DNA of 64,000 nucleotides from Octopus bimaculoides (GCF_001194135.2 NC_068999.1:2428046-2492045); one strand, 5' to 3'. Counted from the stretch's first letter, positions 34,371-48,727 are shown. Numbers and translations: made by a program. The notes: generated by a model not told the origin, from the sequence alone.

Positions 34371-37300
34371 TATATCGTGTGTGGGAACTGACGATACGCC
34401 ATAAAGCTAAACCCTTTATGGACGGGAAACCTAAGGTAACCCCATAAACCGGCCCTCTCCATTTTTAATATTATATATATTCGATTAATTAACCGTTAGC
34501 AATCTCGTTTGCATGAAATTGAATAATCTGTCTTACATTATATCGATAGAAAAAAAATGAAAAATTATTTTCGTATTTTAATTCATTAAAAAAAAATATA
34601 TATATTGGACTAAATTTCTGTTATTTTTCTCCCACGAGACAACGTCTAGGCTAGAAACACACACACACACACACACACACACATATCAAATTACAATCAC
34701 CTCTCTTACTGAATAACACAAAACAACTGGAAACTGTCTGATATCTGAATCTCAATCGCAAAAACCTTTTGTTGCCAATAAACAAAATCATTTTAAGGCA
34801 TCTCATCATATCGATTCTCTTTTTTTTTCTTTTTACCTTTTGCTGTAAATTGGAAGAAAATAATACAAAAAGCATGCAACATTATGTTTATGATGTAAAG
34901 CTATCAGTGTCTGCGTTGGTTCTTTAACCTTTAGAGTTCAAATCCCGCCCAGCAAGATGTTTTATGTTCGTCTTTCGTTTCCAATTAAAAGGGTAGGTCA
35001 GGTGGGGCGATCTGAGCGGCTTTATCAATGACATTCTCGAATCGACCATCACCGTCTTGTTTTCAGACTTCATCTGTGTTAACGTGTCCTTCCTTTCTTC
35101 CTGTAGGTTGTCGATGTTGTTTAGCTGCAAATCGGCCTCGATTGAGCAGACCTATGGTCAAAGATGTTTTAGTCATGACCAACTCCTCTTTTATATATAT
35201 ATATATATATATATGTTTAGTTTTATAAGAGGGAAGGTTGTGAAATTTCGTAGGAATATTTGGCTGCTATTTCTAGGAAGTCATAAAGGTTGATCGATGT
35301 CAAATCATTTGTTTAGCCCCAGTTTAGTTCCGATCGACCACATTTATGATAAAAGATGTAATAGCTGCAACCATCCACCCCGTTCCCTCCTCCCAAACAT
35401 TCTTGACGCAAGCGCTATTTCGTCTGTCTTTACGTTCTGAGTTCAAATTCCGTCGAGGTCGACTTTGCCTTTCATCCTTTCGCGGGGCGATAAATTAAGT
35501 ACCAATTTCGTACTCGGGCCAATCCCCCCAAATTTCGGGCTATGTGCCTAGAATAAAAACAAAAATATTTATTATATATATATATATATATATATATAAT
35601 AAATATTATTGGGGCTTGTGGGTGATCTTGGAGAATAACGTACTATTTTCAGTTTCGGAATTTCGGAAAAATAGTTTTTAATTTTCGATAGATAGAAATG
35701 GATGAGTATATATATGGTATTCTTTCGATATGACTCGACAAAATCACATGTGTACCTCCCTTCCTAATTTTGTGTGTATTTGTATACATACAGTGGTTTT
35801 CGGTGGTGGAGACTAATTGGCAGACAATCAAGAAACTCATGTTTTTTTATAATGGGAAGCGTGACCTCGACATTAACAGCCGTTATCGCTCGAGTGTTGG
35901 GGTCGATTTAATCGGCTCTAGGCAACCTACAAAATTAGAGACCTTGTGCTTATAAATTGTTATTGTCAAGCACGATCTCTTTACGATAACCTCAGTAGCA
36001 TTGTTCCAGTTTCATCTTATATGAGAGTAAATAAGACACCTTGGATGCAAATTTTACTAACGAAAACACAGACACGGAACGAAACATTTGTAGGTCATGT
36101 TGTGATGTATCAATTACAATGTTTCCTTCAAACAATCGATATAGCAGCACATAAATATAAGATAAAGAATATAGACAAATGCACACAATGGTTAATATGT
36201 TTAATGTGAAAACCCCGTGGTTCTGGATTTGATGCTAGTGTACTGCGCGACACGTTGGGTAGGTGTCTTCTAGAACTGAAAACAGAATTAAATTAATTGA
36301 TCTAGGGGAAATAACTCAAATGAACCAACGGAATATGGTTATGAGCGACTAATAGTTTCATACATTGAAGATATTATCTAGGCATAACTATATACTATGA
36401 ACATCAAGCGATATTTATCTCTCACCAGATGGAGTACTTGCTTTGTTGATCTTACCTTAACAGAAAAGTAAACTTTTCAACACGTGATTTTCTACAGCAA
36501 ATTTATAACTTGTATAGCCTATACAAGTTACGACATGTATATGCCATGTGCACAGAACTTAAAGACTAGTTGGAGACACCCGGCGTGTTGTAAAACCTGC
36601 CTAGATAATATCTTCGATGTATGAAACTATTAGTAGCTCGTAATTATATACTGTGTACAATACACGATATTTATCTCTCACCAGATGGAGTACTTATTTT
36701 GTTGATTTTTACCTCAACGGGAAAATAAACTACTTAGCTAAGTTTCGGCCAGAATTGGCCCAGGCCATATCTAACTTAATAGCAGCACCAGGAAAAGACA
36801 TTTAATGTTGTTTCATATTAATCATTCTTTGGGAACCGTAGCCCTTTCGATTATTCCTGAAAGGTCTCTTAGGTCTCTTATTCATCAAAGGTCTCTTAGG
36901 TCTCTTATTAAAACATTCTATTTTCCTCTCTTAACTTTTTCAGTTTTCAAAGAGACACTGCACCACAGGGAAAGGACGTAAGCTATGTATATTTCACACT
37001 CCTGTGGCACTCAAAAATGGCTGCTTGCGACATCACTTAAATTACAGCCATATGAACCAATCTAAGAGAGCTTTCCATCTTTCAGCAGGTAAAAAAATTT
37101 CTCTTCATTTTAGTTCAATCCTTTCGTTTTTTAATTTCAATTCTGTTTTTGATGCCATCTCACCGTATCACTGGATGACGGTGGTGATGACGTGTTTAGC
37201 CCTGGGGTATCGCTCTCATCAAACATGCTCAGGCAATGATCATTCTGTATTTGTCCCAAGTGTAATGTATCCAGAATTACATGATCCTGGATGCAGTAGT

Positions 37301-38658
37301 TTTTCTTTCTTTTTTTTTTTTGTGTTTTGAAGGATGATAAAGTGCTATTTGAGGGAAATTTGGCTATTGTTCCTAGTAGGTCAACTAAGCATATAGAGTC
37401 TCTCTCTCTGACTCATTGTATAGTGTGGTTTGTAAGGTGTTATCATGTGGTAGATCCCATTGTGTAGTATGAGTCAAGAAAGCAGAATTTTGAAGGCTGA
37501 CTAATAATGCTTAGTGGGAGGATTTGGTAGATGGAAAATGAGGCAGAAGCTCATCACGTGTGTGTGTGTGTGGTAGGGGTGCAAGGCCTACTGGACCATG
37601 CTTGATCGTTGAGGTTCTTGCAACCCAAGCAAAATTTCTTGAACCATCTGGGTACTGTACTGTGATCACCTGCACGCTACAAATGTTTTGGTTGCCTCCA
37701 TGGTGTTATGGCTGAGTTTGAACTTGTAAAGCATAAATTCCTGAACCAGACTACATTGTATGTTCATCTGTGTGACTTTCCGATCATGGAGTGAAGCAAC
37801 ATACAAAGTGTCAGTGCACCACCCACTGTTACAATACAACCAACCTCAACAGGTGCCTTCCACAGCTTCAACTTCTGAAGTCACGTGTGACACTCATGCC
37901 ACAAACTAGCACATATGCAAACTATTGCAAAACTTTTGGCTTGCCTCAATAATAAAAATCGTTTCAGACAGATTGTTGTTAATAAAATACTTTTGTGTGT
38001 TTTTTATGCCAACAGCTAGATGTGGAGAAATTGTACAGTTTACCTTGGCAGATATTGGTGAAGGAATAAAAGAGGTTAACATAAAGGAATGGTAGGTTTC
38101 CATTATTTTTTTTTTCCCTTCTCACTGTCCAACTATTTTTTGAAGACATTAGTTTTTTTGTTGTTATTTGCTATTTTTTCCCATGACTGTTTTGATACCG
38201 ATGTAACTGAGACTGCCCCAGGTTCTGTGAAACAAACTTCCTGTTAATTCTTTTGATACCTGAGACTGACCCCTGTTTCTATGGCACAAACTTCCTCTTT
38301 TAGCCCTTTTGACACTGACCCATCTGACACCCGGTTCTATGATGCATTCTTCCTGTTTTAAAGTGATATAAATTAAAACCTTCCAACTAAATCTCAAAGG
38401 TGCATGGCTTAGTGGCTAGAGTATAAGGTCATGGTTTCAATTCCCGGGCTAGGCAGTGCATTGTGTCCTTGAGCAAGATACTTCATTTGCTGTTGCTCCA
38501 GTCCACTCAACTGGCAAAAAGGAGTGACCCTACAATGGACTGGCATCCTGTTTAGGGGGAATCTTCTGATCTTGGCTACTTATGGACCTCAGAAACCCAA
38601 AACAGGAATGTCCAGCTGTTGATGATAATGATGATAGTGGTGATGACAGTGGCATTGG

Positions 38659-38690
<32 letters not shown>

Positions 38691-39805
38691 TCCCATTAAT
38701 TTATGTTCCAAACACCAGCTTAGTAATGACAAAGTTATTTCACTAAACACATTTTGTTGTTTGTGTGACACCTCTTTCTACAGTCCTGGCTCAACTGCAA
38801 ACCCAGTTTGGGTGTTTGGCATCTGGAATATTGTCAAGCACTCACTGCACTCGAACAGTTGGATAATTTGGTCAGTGATATGTCGACCCTTGCATTTTAT
38901 AAGAGGGTAAAAGTGAGGATAGCCAGAGAGTGATTCTGGGTGTCGATGAGGACTGTTTGGATAGTCTTTTCTTGGAGACTTTCAGGTGGGGGATTGCATC
39001 ACAGTTAAATACTGGGATCAAGAGTACCAGCTACTCCCCCTCCCCTCAAAATGCTAGTCCTGTTGACCAAGTCAGAAACCAATTAAGTGGTCACATAACA
39101 GAAATATCAATGTGTTTGCAGGTTTATCAATATTGGTGATCAAGTAGCTCAGTTTGACAGTATATGTGAAGTACAGAGTGACAAGGCATCAGTGACAATC
39201 ACCAGCCGTTATGATGGTATTGTACGGCGCCTTTACTACAACATCGATGACATAGCGAAGGTTGGAGCTCCTTTGGTGGATATAGAACTGCTAGGAGACA
39301 CCGAAACGGAAGAACAAGTGGATACTTTTGATGAAGAAGACAGCAAGTCTGAAGAACAGATTCGTGGAAAGCTTCAAGTGATGAAATCTTTGGCAACTCC
39401 AGCTGTGAGAAGGATTTCCATAGAGAAGAAGGTAATTCCTTTGTCCTTGTTTTTCCCCTCTTTTTCCTTCATTCTTCCATTTTTTCATTTTCTCTCTTTC
39501 TTTTTTTCCCTCTTCTTCCTTTTTCGACTTTCTTCTTCCTTCTTTCTTCTGTCCTCGTCTTCTTTCTTCCACTTTTCATTTCTTATTCTCTTATTCTTTC
39601 TAGAACATTATTAAGAAATATATTTAATTTTTTTCCCATACTTGCACAAAGTTGTTTTAGGGTTAATGATTTCTTTTTTTTCTTACCTGCACAGATTCCA
39701 TTAAGTTCTGTGATAGGAACTGGAAAAGATGGTAGGATTCTTAAAGAAGATATTTTGCGTCATATTGAAAATCTGACAAGAACTCCACCTGGTATGTTTC
39801 ACTGT

Positions 39806-39898
<93 letters not shown>

Positions 39899-40052
39899 NN
39901 NNNNNNNNNNNNNNNNNNNNNNNNNNNNNNNNNNNNNNNNNNNNNNNNNNNNNNNNNNNNNNNNNNNNNNNNNNNNNNNNNNNNNNNNNNNNNNNNNNNN
40001 NNNNNNNNNNNNNNNNNNNNNNNNNNNNNNNNNNNNNNNNNNNNNNNNNNNN

Positions 40053-40119
<67 letters not shown>

Positions 40120-40352
40120 TACATGCATATATATATGTGTGCTTGTGTCATATGTATGTATGTATGCATATATCTCTCTATTCATTCATTTTACATCTGT
40201 TTTTTTTATACTGGCACAAATATATTCATACACACACACACACACTCTGTCACACTCTAACCTTTCATCATTGGCACAATTTCACCTCCTCCAATGTGAC
40301 ATGTAGATGACAACACACGTGATGTGTGTTTGTATTGGTGTGTATGTGTGTG

Positions 40353-40415
<63 letters not shown>

Positions 40416-40584
40416 ATATAAAATCTTAGTAATAATAGTAGGTGATGGATTTCGTATTAGACTTTTATTAGGCACAACATTTAAACACATTAATTGACTT
40501 ATATTTATTTGTCTAAATTATTTCTTATATATATATATATGCACGTGCATACATGCATATACACTCACCTTTAAGTGGGAAGAG

Positions 40585-40625
<41 letters not shown>

Positions 40626-42581
40626 ACCATTTATTTCTACACCATTGCCTCTGTATCTCCATAGCTATTTATTTAGTTCTGTATATTCTGTTGTATTCCA
40701 GAGCCTCTCGTAGAAACAGCCCCTCTTCCTGCTGCTAAGAAACGCAAGCCTGAACCAGCAGTTCGGCCATTCATACCGCAGGCATCAGTCCAAGAAGACA
40801 GAGTTGAGCCTGTTCGTGGTATTCGCAAGGCAATGGTGAAGAGCATGAATGCTGCCCATGCAATTCCTCACTTTGGTTACTATGACGACATTGACATGTC
40901 TAGTTTAGTCCAACTGAGATATGACCTCAAGTCTGCCAGCAAAGCCAGAGGCTTGAAGTTGTCTTTCATGCCATTTATTATCAAGGTTTGTGGAAGCTGC
41001 CATCACCACCACTACCACCACCACCATCATCAATATCATTGCTATCATCATCATCATCACTATCAATATCACCAAGAGCACCATCATCATCATCACCACC
41101 ATTAACAACACTAGCATCACTACCAACATCATCATCATTCTCAATATCATCATCAGCACTTTCGTAAAGACCACTGTCACCGTCACCATTCCCAGTACTG
41201 CTACCACCACTGTCATCATCACTGCTATCACCACTCATCATCATCATCATCATCATCGTCATTGTCACCACCAGCGTCATCATTATTGGCACTAACACAG
41301 TAACTACCACTGCCACACCGCCACCGCCACCACCACCTTTAACAACACTTACAATGCCACCAACACTACTACTACTACTACATCTGCCTTCATCCACACC
41401 ACTAAGCACCACCAAAATTAACAACACTACCATTAGCAGAAAAACAGGATGGTTGTCTGTGATTGTTGCTCTGTCCAACCAAAGTTGGTCTGGCAGTAAA
41501 CAGCAACTAAAAGCAGCAGCAGCAGCAGTACTACCACTAGCATCATCTACCCCGTGAACTACGATGAAAAAAATATGAGAAAGATATGATATATAATTTA
41601 TTTTGTGCAGGGGTTCCTTGAGACATGTAATTTATTTTAAGGGTTATGCTAGAGGAACAAGGTTGAGAAACACTGATTTAGAGAGAGAGAGACTTAAACT
41701 AAGTGCCACTCCTTTAGTTACGACGACGGAGAGGGTTCCATTTGATCTGATCAACAGAACAGCTGGGCACTCCACAAACATGCGTAACCCTTAATGTAGT
41801 TCTCAGGAAGATTGAGCAAGACACTGAATGTGACAAGGCTGGTCCCTTTGAAATACAGGCACAACTCATTTTTACCAGCTGGGAAGACTGGAGCAACGAG
41901 AAGTAAAGTGTCTTGCTCAAGGACACAATGTACTGCCAGATATTGAACTCGGGACCTTACAATCGTGAGTTGAGTACCGCAACTGCTTAGCCACACGCCT
42001 TCACACCTTCAACTACTTTCATGTCAGAAAGACTGGATCTTCTTACTGACCGAGATCGGAGTTGTTTACCCTTTGCCTTGTCCCAGTCTCGTTATCATTC
42101 GTTATTGAGCCTCTTGTCATTACGATACTAATTATGATTGAAGTTATTTTGCTCGCTACAGATTTCAATGTTCAATATGTATTGAAATGCGATAGGTTAT
42201 TCTTCTCTTAACCCTAAAGGTTTTTCCTCAGAAAACAAACAAGGACTGAGTAACATAATTTTTCACCTTCTTACTGCAGAAATCAGACATATCCACTCCA
42301 GATTTCATTACTCTTAAACTGTGGGAAAGCGGTTTTATATACTAATCTGTCTTTTGTCGAGGAATGTCATGTTTGAAACTGTTTTGTTGAGATGTGTCGA
42401 GTTTATTGAGGCAGCATGACTTGCAGAAAATATCAGTTCCAATTTTTGGTAGATATTTATCGTCATTACTAGAACAACTGTGAAATTTCATTTCACAAAG
42501 GGTGAATATAAATTAACTGTTGAAGTTATTTTATAGCACAACTGATAAGACATTATTAATTCGAATTTAAGAATGATGCAT

Positions 42582-42612
<31 letters not shown>

Positions 42613-45600
42613 CAGGGTTGGTGATAAGTCACCTGACAGTAAATCAAAATTCCATAAATACAATCTGTAATTCTGTATTGACTCAAAATTCTTTAAAAAA
42701 AATACATGCAAAAACGAATGCCGATTTTAAATTAATTATTGTTGTCTGTGATTCTAAATTAAAAGATTTTAAATTTCCTCTCTTCTTCCCAATAGTCTAC
42801 CTCGTTGGCTCTGTTAGAATATCCAATCTTGAATGCCTCAGTTGATTCTAACTGTGAGAACATCACATACAAGGTATGTTTTTTTTTTTTTTTTTTTTTT
42901 TTTTTGTTACTGTTGTTGTCATTAATATAAATTACACACCTACAGGGTGTGTCAATTTTTTGAGATTATTTGTATGAATTTATAGAAAAATGCATAGTTT
43001 ATCAAAGAAATCATGAGAACCCTTTTATCACACCTGTTCAATGATGATGTTGTTTATATGTATTGGATAGATTAACTGGTGGTGTCTAGTCTTTATACTC
43101 TGAGTTGGAATCCCACTTTGGCTAACTTTGCCTTTCACCCTTTCAAGACCAATAAACTTCTACATATAAACATCTATCTCCTGATGTACCCACTCATCAC
43201 TTTATTTATTTATTTGTCTTTCTGTTATTCTCCTCGTTAAGCAAGTCCATTAGCAACATACCTTCTTATGGTCAGATTTTGTCTCTCTCTCTCTCTCTCT
43301 CCAGGCTGCTCACAACATCGGTATTGCAATGGACACTCCCGATGGCTTGATTGTCCCTAACATAAAGAATGTACAAAACTTGAGTCTACACCAGATTGCT
43401 TTGGAATTGAACCGGCTTCATGAACTCGGCATCAATGGGAAACTTGGCCCCTCCGAACTAAAAGGCGGCACTTTCTCTCTTTCAAACATTGGAAGTGTAA
43501 GTTAGATTTATCACGACTCAGCTTTTGTTGTTGTTGTTGTTTAACAGTTGTATAAAACATTGATACAGCCTTCCTTTCTCCATATATGTCTCTCTTTTTA
43601 CATACATGTCATTGTCTCTCACACAACACAGTGAAAAGTAATATATATATCTGAAGCATATCTTATTCAAATCGACCCCAGGACTTATTCTTTGTAAGCC
43701 TAGTACTATCGGTCTCTTCTGCTGAACCGCTAAGTTACAGGGAGGTAAACACACAAACATATATATAAAAATATATACACACGACGGGCTTCTCTCAGTT
43801 TCCGTCTACCAAATCCACTCACAAGGCTTTGGTCAGCCTGAGGCTATAGCAGAAGACACTTGCCCAGGGTACCACACAGTGTGACTGAACCTGAAACCAT
43901 GTGGTTGGGAAGCAAGCTTCTTACCACACAGCCACAAAAAAATGTAAAAACATCTCATTGTTTTCTTAATCTTAGATTATTTTTCCATTTGCTTAAAACA
44001 AAAGAATGTTTCCACATCACCTGCAATTTTCACAGCTAAAGCTTTCAAATAAATCGATATAGATTTATGTATATTATGTATGTTTCAGATATTCTGATTT
44101 ATGCTTTATTTTATATAAAGCGCCATCATCATATGTTTGTTGTCCATGCTGGCATGGGTTGGACACCAGCCTGAGTGCTTTTTACATGGCAACAGCACAA
44201 GTGCGTGTATATTTATATTTGTGTGTATATACACATATACACATTTGTTTTGATGCTAAATTTTATTTTGCATGATGCATCTGATTCCTCATCTACCAAG
44301 GTTGTTTTTTTTTACAGTGCATTCAGCAACACTGTTCACCTTACTCCCCAATCTTTACAAATATGTGGCTCTTCGGCATTCAAAGCCCACATCTTACTTC
44401 TCTTCAACATCATACACAAGCACCAAACAGTTTGCCCTCTACTCCAAAAATATATTATGTACAATCAAATAAAATTAAGTTTTCAATGAACAGTGAGTGT
44501 GTAATTTAAACTAATTGACATTTACTGGACAGAGAGAAACAAGTGTCCATTGTGCAATCTATAAAACGGTTTGTTTATAAATGATATTGTGTGTTTATTT
44601 CCTTCCGTTTCGTTTGCCCACTCCCTGCCAGACAACATCTCAGATGCATTTGGGTTACATTATAACACCAAAACAAACACTGCTTAACACATCAGCTATT
44701 TGTGTATATGTTTTATATATATATATACTAGCTGAATGACCTGGCATTGGCCGGGTTACTGCTGTTCTTATTCAGATTAGTAAACAATAAATATAAAGAT
44801 ATATTCTCATAATTATTTCAAAATATCTATATTTTATTAAAAGAATATCCAAATTGTAATGGTAATAGAATTTTGAACTGAAAATCTGTCAATGTTGAAG
44901 TACCCCAGGGTAAACTATTCATTGTGTCATTTTTTGTTGGTGTTGAAATGAATAAATTATTGTTGCTTCTAAGTTGCAAGCAAGCAACATATGTGTGTGT
45001 GTATATAGATATATGTATATGTGTTATCTTAATATATATTTTCCTAGATTGGTGGAACCTATGCACGTCCATTGATAATGCCACCTGAAGTAGCCATTGG
45101 TGCACTTGGAAAGATATCAGTAAGTTGGTCCTTTGTCATCTCGTCTGAAAAGTTCAGCATCATGAGGTCATCCTTTGTCTTCATGGATCTCCCTTGTCCC
45201 ATGTTTTATATAAATATGTATAAATGTATACAAGGTCTGATCAATAAGTATCTGGACTGTTACCATAGTAATGAAGCTAATGCACACAGAGTAAAGCTGC
45301 TTGGCAAAGATTAATCTTGAACTCTGCTGTGCATGTGCACTAAATTTTAACATTCTAGCTCACTTCCGCTGTTTACAGCAGTGCTTGGAAGGAACATGTG
45401 TAGCATGTGATTGTCGCATTTTACCTTGACAGAGAAAGTTGTCATGGCGATACCTACTCAAAGGCCTTCACAAAGTTGCAGAAAGCATATAAAGATGAGT
45501 GTATGAACCGCACACAAGTGTACAAACGTTTATAAGATGGCTGAAAAAATGTTGATATTGATGAATGTTCTGGGAGACCTGCGAGCAGCAGGACTGAGAA

Positions 45601-46795
45601 AAACATTGTAAATGTGCGTGCAGCTGTGAGAGGAAATCGTCGAATCACCATCTGTGAGTTATCAGAGGATGTGCAGATTAATTACGGTTCAGTTCAGTCC
45701 ATTATCACTGAAGATTTGGATATGAGACGCGTGTCAGCGAAGTTTGTGCCAGAACTGCTTTCAAGTGACCAAAACGACATTCAGGTTTCAGTTGCACAAG
45801 ATCTTGATTGTGTCGGGAATGATGAAAACTTTTTCAAAACTTTGCATAGGCCTCTGAGCAGATATCACCAAGCTTTTTGCAAAATTCGGTGCAGATTCTC
45901 TGCTCAACTTTCTCAGTCATGGTCACTTCAATGATCACACGCTACACACCTTCCTTCCAAGCACTGCTGTAAACAGCGGAAGTGAGCTAGAACAGTAAAA
46001 CTCGAGTGCACATGCACAGCAGAGTTTAAGGTCGATCTGTGCCAAGCGGCTTCACTCTGTGTGTTTTAACTTTGTTACTATGGCAACAGTCTAGATACTT
46101 ATTGATCAGACCTCGTATATATATTTGTATGAGTGAGTCTACTCGCACCATGCAGCTTGTCCTTGGGTGTTTATTCATCCATATTTGTTAACGGTTATTT
46201 TTAATACTTTTCTCACTGAATTGCGTGTCTGTTTCTCTTTCTGCCGTCTGTGATTTTATTCTTGAGCTGTAGTCTCACCATACACATATATGTACATTAA
46301 GGTGGCGAGCTGGCAGAAACGTTAGCACGCCGGGCGAAATGCTTGGCAGTATTTCGTCTGCCGCTACGTTCTGAGTTCAAAATCTGCAGAGGTCGACTTT
46401 GTCTTTCATCCTTTCGGGGTCCATTACATAAGTACCAGTTACGCACTGGGGTCGATATAATCGACTTAATCCGTTTGTCTGTCTTTGTTTGTCCCCTATG
46501 TGTGTAGCCCCTTGTGGGTAGTAAAGAAATAACACATATATGTAGATAGACACACACGCACATTGTTTATACTTGTTAATCTTCTCTTCCTGATTTTTTT
46601 TTCTTTTTGTATTTGTTTTCGCATCAGGTTCGACCCAAATTCAATCACGAAGGAGAAATTGTGAAGGCACACACCATGCAGGTCAGCTGGTCCGCCGATC
46701 ATCGTGTAATAGATGGTGCCACAATGGCACGCTTTTCAAATATATGGAAAAGTTACCTAGAAAAACCTGGTACCATGTTACTGGACACTAGATAA
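33623..46795 (+). CDS. DBT: Dihydrolipoamide branched-chain transacylase E2 (BCKDH E2), 494 aa, 10 exons
   Basis: Exons 33623-33685, 36944-37088, 38016-38091, 39122-39431, 39695-39791, 40702-40985, 42796-42873, 43305-43496, 45048-45119, 46628-46795; phases compatible. Arg-rich mitochondrial leader; lipoyl domain LADIGEGI...EVQSDKASV; E3-binding LATPAVRR...[13 protein letters not shown]; catalytic [14 protein letters not shown] and [10 protein letters not shown]. Confidence 0.97.
34390..34470. mobile_element. Right arm of the same MITE family as 31459-31644, in DBT intron 1
   Basis: GACGATACGCCATAAAGCTAAACCCTTTATGGACGGGAAACCTAAGGTAACCCCATAAACCGGCC, close to 31571-31652. Confidence 0.8.
37585..37860 (-). 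mobile_element. Mariner transposase 5' remnant in DBT intron 2
   Basis: Frameshifted peptides [19 protein letters not shown] and [27 protein letters not shown] resemble the mariner N-terminal HTH region. Confidence 0.7.
40995..41420. repeat. (CAT/CAC/ACT)n low-complexity tract in DBT intron 6
   Basis: Degenerate trinucleotide repeats; source of the poly-H/T/M ORFs in the track. Confidence 0.9.
45231..46115 (+). mobile_element. Non-autonomous mariner (885 bp) with long inverted arms, DBT intron 9
   Basis: TA|CAAGGTCTGATCAATAAGTATC ... GATACTTATTGATCAGACCTCG|TA. Internal degenerate transposase ...[45 protein letters not shown].... The right arm is an inverted copy of the 5' end. Confidence 0.9.
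46301..46530 (+). mobile_element. Near full-length SINE family A copy
   Basis: GGTGGCGAGCTGGCAGAAACGTTAGCACGCCGGGCGAAATGC...GTACCAGTTACGCACTGGGGTCGATATAATCGAC... Confidence 0.85.
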
Positions 46796-47386
46796 ATACA
46801 TCGGATGCATTTGCACACCTCATATACACACACACACATACAGTTACATAGAAATCTACACATATACACACACATAATATAGCAATTCTAGAAACCAGTG
46901 TGGGTCCAGTTATTTCTACTGGATGGTTTATATATATNNNNNNNNNNNNNNNNNNNNATATATATATATAAAATGTTTGAATATATGGACTGGAGAAAGA
47001 GTACTCAATACAGGTTGTAGAGGTTATTTATTTGTTCAAAGATGTTTATTGGTTTTTGTTGCCTGACGGAAGAAATGCAAGAAACTCAGTAGCGAGGAGT
47101 CGTAATCATCAGCTTCAAATAATATACACACGAGACATATATATATATATAACGTGTGTATATTTATGTATAGACATAGGTCAATATCTATATAAATATA
47201 TATTTATATCTCTCTCTAATATATATATATACATACACACGCACATATATATACGCACACACATATATGTATATATATATACATATATATATGCACACAT
47301 ACACATATATATATATATATAGACACATGCACAGATAAACCTATATCTGTATCTATGTCGTTATATATTTGTATGTCTTGCATATA

Positions 47387-47392
47387 AATAAA
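47387..47392 (+). terminator. Candidate DBT polyadenylation signal
   Basis: First clear AATAAA I could find after the DBT stop; a short N gap lies in between. Confidence 0.4.
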
Positions 47393-48200
47393 TGTAGGTA
47401 CTCATACGCACAAATTCTGGGTTGGTTCAGCTATGCTCTCTGATGCTTGCTCCAGCATGACCATAGTCCAATTACTGAAGCAAATAGAATAGTAGCATTC
47501 CTTTCCGAGGTGTTCTTAGGATCCACTAATTTCTTTCAAGATTTCTCATCAAATCTTGTCTTTGAATAGTTATTATATCTGTTGTTGTTTGATTAGTTAC
47601 AATCACTGGATCATGGCCATTACCTTGTAAGGTATAGTTAAATTATTGGCCCCAGCATTTGTTTTCTTCAATCGTAGGAAGATGAAAGTCATAGTGGATC
47701 CTGGTGCCATTTGAACTTGGGGACGCGATCAGATTACAACATATTTTATTCAATACTCAACTAATTATGTTATGTGCCTACCTACCTGTTTGTTCCTTTT
47801 AATATAGCCTTTATTTCACCCCTGAACTATAATTGGAATTAAGCAATCTTTGAAACTTCATTTTAGCTTTCTTGTGCCTCACTTATTTTCTTTGATCAAT
47901 CAATATCTTTTTCTCTCATTGAAATTCATATTTCTTTTTTTTCTAAATTTTTCTTGCGGTAATCCTATCAACATATTTTATACTAACGCTGTTAGACATC
48001 GCTGGTGATTCATTCGAAATTAAGAGATAAAAATCGGATTTCCTATTTAGAAATTGATTTCAGTTCTCAATTTAATAAAAGCTACAGGAACTAGTAATAC
48101 TCAGCTTTGTGGGTGGAGGTTAGTTTAACCCTTTAGCATTCAGATTACTCTGTCAAATGGAATGTTCATTTATTCACATTGTGTTGAATTAAATCTTATA

Positions 48201-48727
48201 TAGTAACACCTCACTTTACAAGACTCCAGGTTTACGAGTTTTATTTCTCGAGCACAAATCCAATTTTGAATGAAGTGCAAAAGTTTCTACTACCAAAATG
48301 CTTGTGTGTGTTACCAAGAAATTTATAGCGAGCAAGAAAAAAGCTCCTTCTAGGCAAACAACTCTAGGCTTGTTTTTCAAAAAAAAAAAAAAAAATCTAC
48401 AAATCTATCTACGTGTGCTTGTGAATCGACAATCACGTCTACAAGTGATGGTGTGCACGAGTCGAGTACGAGTGAAAGTGATTCAGAAAATGGTTATGAT
48501 AATATTTTTTATTATATATGATTTTGACATTCTTTTTACTTTACATAAAATACTCTTTACGTTCTATTGTTTTATTGCTGTTTATTTACGAGTATTATAA
48601 ATTTTATAGATAAAATAATTTTCTGGGAATTAGTTACGATTTATAACATTGCTCCTATGGGAAATTATTGCTCTGCTTTGCGAGTGGTCTCTGGGAATAA
48701 ATTAACTCCTACACCAAGGCATTACTG
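48201..48727 (+). mobile_element. pogo/Tigger-like non-autonomous element
   Basis: Degenerate termini (T/C)AGTAACACCT...AGGCATTACTG; peptide KKKAPSRQTTLGLFFKK resembles Tigger transposase C-termini. Confidence 0.55.

Noticed and set aside
46301-46390. tRNA genes
   Set aside because: The A/B-box-like motifs belong to SINE heads; no complete cloverleaf was found anywhere in the window.
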